From IMG/VR virus record IMGVR_UViG_3300030442_000019: a DNA stretch of 54,054 nucleotides. One strand, written 5' to 3'. The position numbers and the translations under genes were made by a program. Shown one piece after another: positions 50,883 through 54,054 of the stretch (within the stretch, counting starts at the first letter, position 1; every line of letters starts with the position of its first letter). The DNA is from a virus. The notes under the pieces were generated by a model. That model made no database searches, had not been told where the DNA came from, and saw nothing but the letters and a program-made list of their open reading frames with translations.

Positions 50883-53639
50883 CTACCTCCCGAGTTCGAA
50901 TACATTCTGTCCATTTGACATCTGCATCTCTTTTGCTGTATCAATAAGCTGTTCAAGTACCGTTCTGCTGTCCAGATTTACCACAAGTTTTATCATTCCT
51001 GTACCTTTACCGCTTTCTTCACTTACGATTTTCCTCAACAGATTTTCCGGCATCTCTAAGTTGTTTCCTTTTGTCTGGTCACCAAGTACTGCCAAGAACG
51101 GATTTCCGGCCGGAATAACTGCCCCTTGTGCAAGATATGGAATTCTGGTGTAATTTGCATGGGAAAGATTAATTCCTTTACCGCCGATACCTGGAACCCA
51201 ATCCGGTACTTTAATGTGATTCAGTCCGTCTACCAACCCGTTAATTGCATTAATAATTGCTCGATTCAATCCGTTAAAAAGGGCAATAACCATATTTACA
51301 GGTGCTTTAAAAATTGAGTAGATTAAGTTAGCAGCTCCACGGAGTATGTTTAGTATTCCTTTTAGCGCCATATCTACATTCCCCGTAAATACTCCTTTTA
51401 AAAATGTGACAAACCCAGAGCATATCTGCTTAATGCTGTTAAAAATCCCTTTAAAGCTGTTAAGAAAAACTTCCACTACATCTCCAAATACTCCGAATTG
51501 AGCGTGCCAGTCAGTGGCAAATACTCCTTTTATCCAGTCCATAAGTTTCGACATTGCAGCTTTAAGCTGATCCCAGTGAGTAATTATTAATACAATAGCT
51601 GCAACAGCTAACGCAATGGCAATAGGTATTACATTTGAAGCAACTGCAAATCTATCGAAAGCCGCAACGATCATAGAAATTGCTCCAGATAATCCCCCGG
51701 CACCAGTGAATACGCCTATAAGACTTGTAATGGCACTTCTTATTCCAAGTACAAGAGGTGATATCTTCGATGATACAAAGGCTCCAAGCAGTGCAGCTCC
51801 AATGGCATCTATAATCCATTGATGCTCTCCGAGAAAATCAAACAAATCCGCAAGTAGATTAATAAGGAACGGAAGACCGCTCTCTATCAGCCATGTAAGC
51901 ATCGGTAATATAATGTTCGTATACAATCTTTCTAAGAAACTTCCAATAGCTTCTATCAGCGGTGACATAGATTCAAACAAATTCTTAATCGAATTAAGTA
52001 ACGGGTAAAAGTTCAATGATCCCGCCCACTGAGCCGTATCCCACACAAGACGATTGATGATATCAAGCACCTTTTGGAAAGCATCTGCTATAGCCTGTAT
52101 AATGGCCGTTCCTACGGCGTTTTTATTCCAAGCTATATCTAATTGCCTTGCGATGTTTCCGATCGTTGTAAGCAGTCCCTGTGCGATCTGTAACATGGTA
52201 GACAGTATCTGTGTGCCTGTACCATTCGTCCAGACTTCCAACATACTACTGCCGACACTCTTTGCCAGTGCTCCAAGCTCCGACAATGCATACTTAGCAG
52301 CATCAATTGTGTTCTTTCCCTCACGTTCCCACGCTTCTTTAAATGGTTGGAATATCTGCCCCAGTACATCCTTGATTTTTTCAAAAATCGGCGGTGCATC
52401 TATTGGAACTTCTTCAAACATTTTGCTGGTCGGTGTTCCGTTTGCACCGGATCCAGACGGTGTTGTGTCGGTATCCTTATTTGTCGTATACCGATTAATT
52501 TCATCCAATGGTGACAGGTAGTCTTTAGCTGCTTTTGTGGCTTTCTTCGTAGACTTGGCGGTCTTGTCCAGACTGGCAGCATAATCTTTTTGCACTGCCA
52601 ATGCCTTTGTGTACGTCTTATTCCCGGCAAGGTAACTGAAAAACATTCCTACGTAAGTTATGGCTGTGCTGATAAGGTCAATGAATCGCGACAGTATCGG
52701 TGTCACAACTGTCAGAATCGGACTGAAAGCTGTAGCAAATGCATTTTGCAATCTTATAAGGCTTCCCCACAAAGTAGATATATTTGCGTTTGTGGTTTTG
52801 GAGTATTGAGCGAGATTATTGAATCCACCTATTATTCCTTGTGTAAGAGCACTAAGAATTCGAAAAACACCGCTAAACAATAGAGACATCGTAAGCATTC
52901 TTCCGATACTCATTCTTGCTGATCCGGCTGATTTACTAGCGTCTTTAAATGACCTACTCAGTTTTGAATTGGAATTTGCAGTTTTGTTATTCGCACTGTT
53001 TACTCCAAAAAGTTTTTCTTTCAAGGAAACCAAACCAGTACCGTAACTTGCAAGTTTACTTTTAATGCCAGAATACGATGTGTTTAATCGGTTCTGCATA
53101 TCAGCAAGTCTTCTTTCTGCACTCGCAAGTCTTTCCATGTCTGCCTGCGCTTCTTTGGTGTTCACACCAGTCGAAAAGGCTTTTCCAGAAACTTCCAGGT
53201 CAATAAGCTCCGACCGTGCGTATTTAATAGTGTTCGCAAGTTCATCTATGTCATACTGCATTTTTTTATAAGTCGAAGTGTTCTTTTTCCCTCCGTTTGC
53301 TATAAAACGTTCCTGTGATGACGTAAGCTGATTGAGTTTTGCTTCTGCTTTTGAAATTTGGTCGGATATTTCCTTGTATTCCGTGGTTGGGATGCGCTGA
53401 TTTGCATAGGATGCTACCTTTTGCCGTAACGATTCTACCTTTTGTTCTTGTGCGCTGTATTCGTTATTCAGTTTTGCAAAAGCATCTATTTGCTTGTTGA
53501 TGGCGTTTTTTGCAGACACTCCCAAATTATTTACCCTATCTGCTGCTCTTCGCAATCCAGCTTCAATTTCTTGTGAACCCGCCTTTATGCCATCAGTTCT
53601 GATTTTTGTGTTAATAACAATACTTCCATCTTCTGTCAT
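50883..53639 (-). CDS. Tape measure protein
   Basis: 918 aa with a coiled-coil N-terminus and hydrophobic central segments. Confidence 0.9.
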   Translation of the reverse strand: MTEDGSIVINTKIRTDGIKAGSQEIEAGLRRAADRVNNLGVSAKNAINKQIDAFAKLNNEYSAQEQKVESLRQKVASYANQRIPTTEYKEISDQISKAEAKLNQLTSSQERFIANGGKKNTSTYKKMQYDIDELANTIKYARSELIDLEVSGKAFSTGVNTKEAQADMERLASAERRLADMQNRLNTSYSGIKSKLASYGTGLVSLKEKLFGVNSANNKTANSNSKLSRSFKDASKSAGSARMSIGRMLTMSLLFSGVFRILSALTQGIIGGFNNLAQYSKTTNANISTLWGSLIRLQNAFATAFSPILTVVTPILSRFIDLISTAITYVGMFFSYLAGNKTYTKALAVQKDYAASLDKTAKSTKKATKAAKDYLSPLDEINRYTTNKDTDTTPSGSGANGTPTSKMFEEVPIDAPPIFEKIKDVLGQIFQPFKEAWEREGKNTIDAAKYALSELGALAKSVGSSMLEVWTNGTGTQILSTMLQIAQGLLTTIGNIARQLDIAWNKNAVGTAIIQAIADAFQKVLDIINRLVWDTAQWAGSLNFYPLLNSIKNLFESMSPLIEAIGSFLERLYTNIILPMLTWLIESGLPFLINLLADLFDFLGEHQWIIDAIGAALLGAFVSSKISPLVLGIRSAITSLIGVFTGAGGLSGAISMIVAAFDRFAVASNVIPIAIALAVAAIVLIITHWDQLKAAMSKLMDWIKGVFATDWHAQFGVFGDVVEVFLNSFKGIFNSIKQICSGFVTFLKGVFTGNVDMALKGILNILRGAANLIYSIFKAPVNMVIALFNGLNRAIINAINGLVDGLNHIKVPDWVPGIGGKGINLSHANYTRIPYLAQGAVIPAGNPFLAVLGDQTKGNNLEMPENLLRKIVSEESGKGTGMIKLVVNLDSRTVLEQLIDTAKEMQMSNGQNVFELGR

Positions 53640-53650
53640 GTATTGTCCTT

Positions 53651-53705
53651 TCTACCGCTAAATATTTGCGGTCAGCGGGCATCTCCACATGATGCCCGGT
53701 TAATT
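53651..53705 (-). promoter_or_regulatory. Two-hairpin 5'UTR motif, copy B (upstream of the tape measure gene)
   Basis: Stems ACCGC/GCGGT and GGGCATC/GATGCCC. It shows compensatory changes relative to copy A. Confidence 0.6.
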
Positions 53706-54054
53706 ATTTACGAGTCCGAATACTCTTCTTAATTCTTCTTTTTCTTCTTCGCTTCGCTCTGGTGTCGCTTTAAGGTCAACAAGTTCTTTGTTGCTAGAAT
53801 AGAATTCTTTTTCCCAACTATCCAATTTCTTCCCTTTCGAGACTTTTTCACGAATGTTAGTGATAGTGCTGAACAGAGATTCTCCAATCTCCATAAAAAG
53901 TCCCATGAATGTCCACCAATGTAAGTACTCTTTCTCACGAATATCCTCATGTGCCACTTTATTAATGGCCGGAATCAGAATCTTTGCATCTTTTTTCCAA
54001 TCCATAAGTTGCGGTTTTTTCTTATCTCCCTTAAATCCGCAGTCGATAAACTCT
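53700..54054 (-). CDS. Tail assembly chaperone, Phage_Gp15-like (3' part of the gene that starts at 335)
   Basis: Same reading frame as 1-335 across the junction. The track ORF 53700-54005 is the portion from an internal Met. Confidence 0.75.
   Translation of the reverse strand, partial: EFIDCGFKGDKKKPQLMDWKKDAKILIPAINKVAHEDIREKEYLHWWTFMGLFMEIGESLFSTITNIREKVSKGKKLDSWEKEFYSSNKELVDLKATPERSEEEKEELRRVFGLVNN
53956..54054. repeat. Terminal overlap copy (identical to 1-99)
   Basis: Direct comparison of the window ends. Confidence 0.9.

Noticed and set aside
52139-52630. Nested same-strand ORFs occur in alternative frames. Examples are 52139-52630 inside the tape measure gene, 47662-48119 inside the NlpC/P60 and fibre genes, and 13000-13185, 26158-26361, 27285-27503 and 4781-4984.
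   Set aside because: They are embedded in longer, better-supported ORFs, have no RBS, and have an Arg/Lys-rich nonsense composition.

Overview
The window is a complete, circularly closed genome of about 53,955 bp; bases 1-99 are repeated at 53956-54054. It looks like a temperate siphovirus-type phage of a Gram-positive, probably Clostridia-like, host. This rests on AGGAGG-type ribosome binding sites (RBS), a GH25 endolysin with PG_binding_1 repeats, and proteins resembling DUF4317 and DUF6273. Almost all genes are on the minus strand.

Gene order on the minus strand, from high to low coordinates:
- Early, recombination and replication genes (39747 to 33725): ERF, DUF1351, NinB-like, RusA and a replisome organizer.
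- A complete diversity-generating retroelement (DGR; 33457 to 30653).
- A long run of small early genes that includes a radical SAM enzyme.
- A large serine integrase (23043 to 21688).
- An accessory region with duplicated promoters driving very acidic small proteins (21511 to 19108).
- Packaging genes (terS, terL, portal).
- Head genes interrupted by three accessory blocks.
- Head-tail joining genes, major tail protein, chaperones, tape measure, tail tip and fibre genes. These wrap across the window junction.
- Endolysin.

A plus-strand lysogeny module occupies 40579-44345.

The most notable observations, all read directly from the sequence:
1. A DGR with one template repeat (TR) and two variable repeats (VR). 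Every TR/VR mismatch falls on a TR adenine.
2. A 19-bp inverted repeat bracketing a putative invertible segment that would swap the C-terminus of a tail-fibre protein.
3. A duplicated consensus promoter with an embedded palindromic operator, driving acidic proteins next to an AbrB-like regulator (anti-defence-like architecture).
4. A two-hairpin 5'UTR motif with compensatory base changes upstream of the capsid, major tail and tape-measure genes.
5. A tRNA-like element with a 27-nt anticodon loop.
6. An iteron-rich candidate origin.
7. Several unusual accessory islands.

Family assignments come from remembered motifs, not from database searches, and should be treated as hypotheses.
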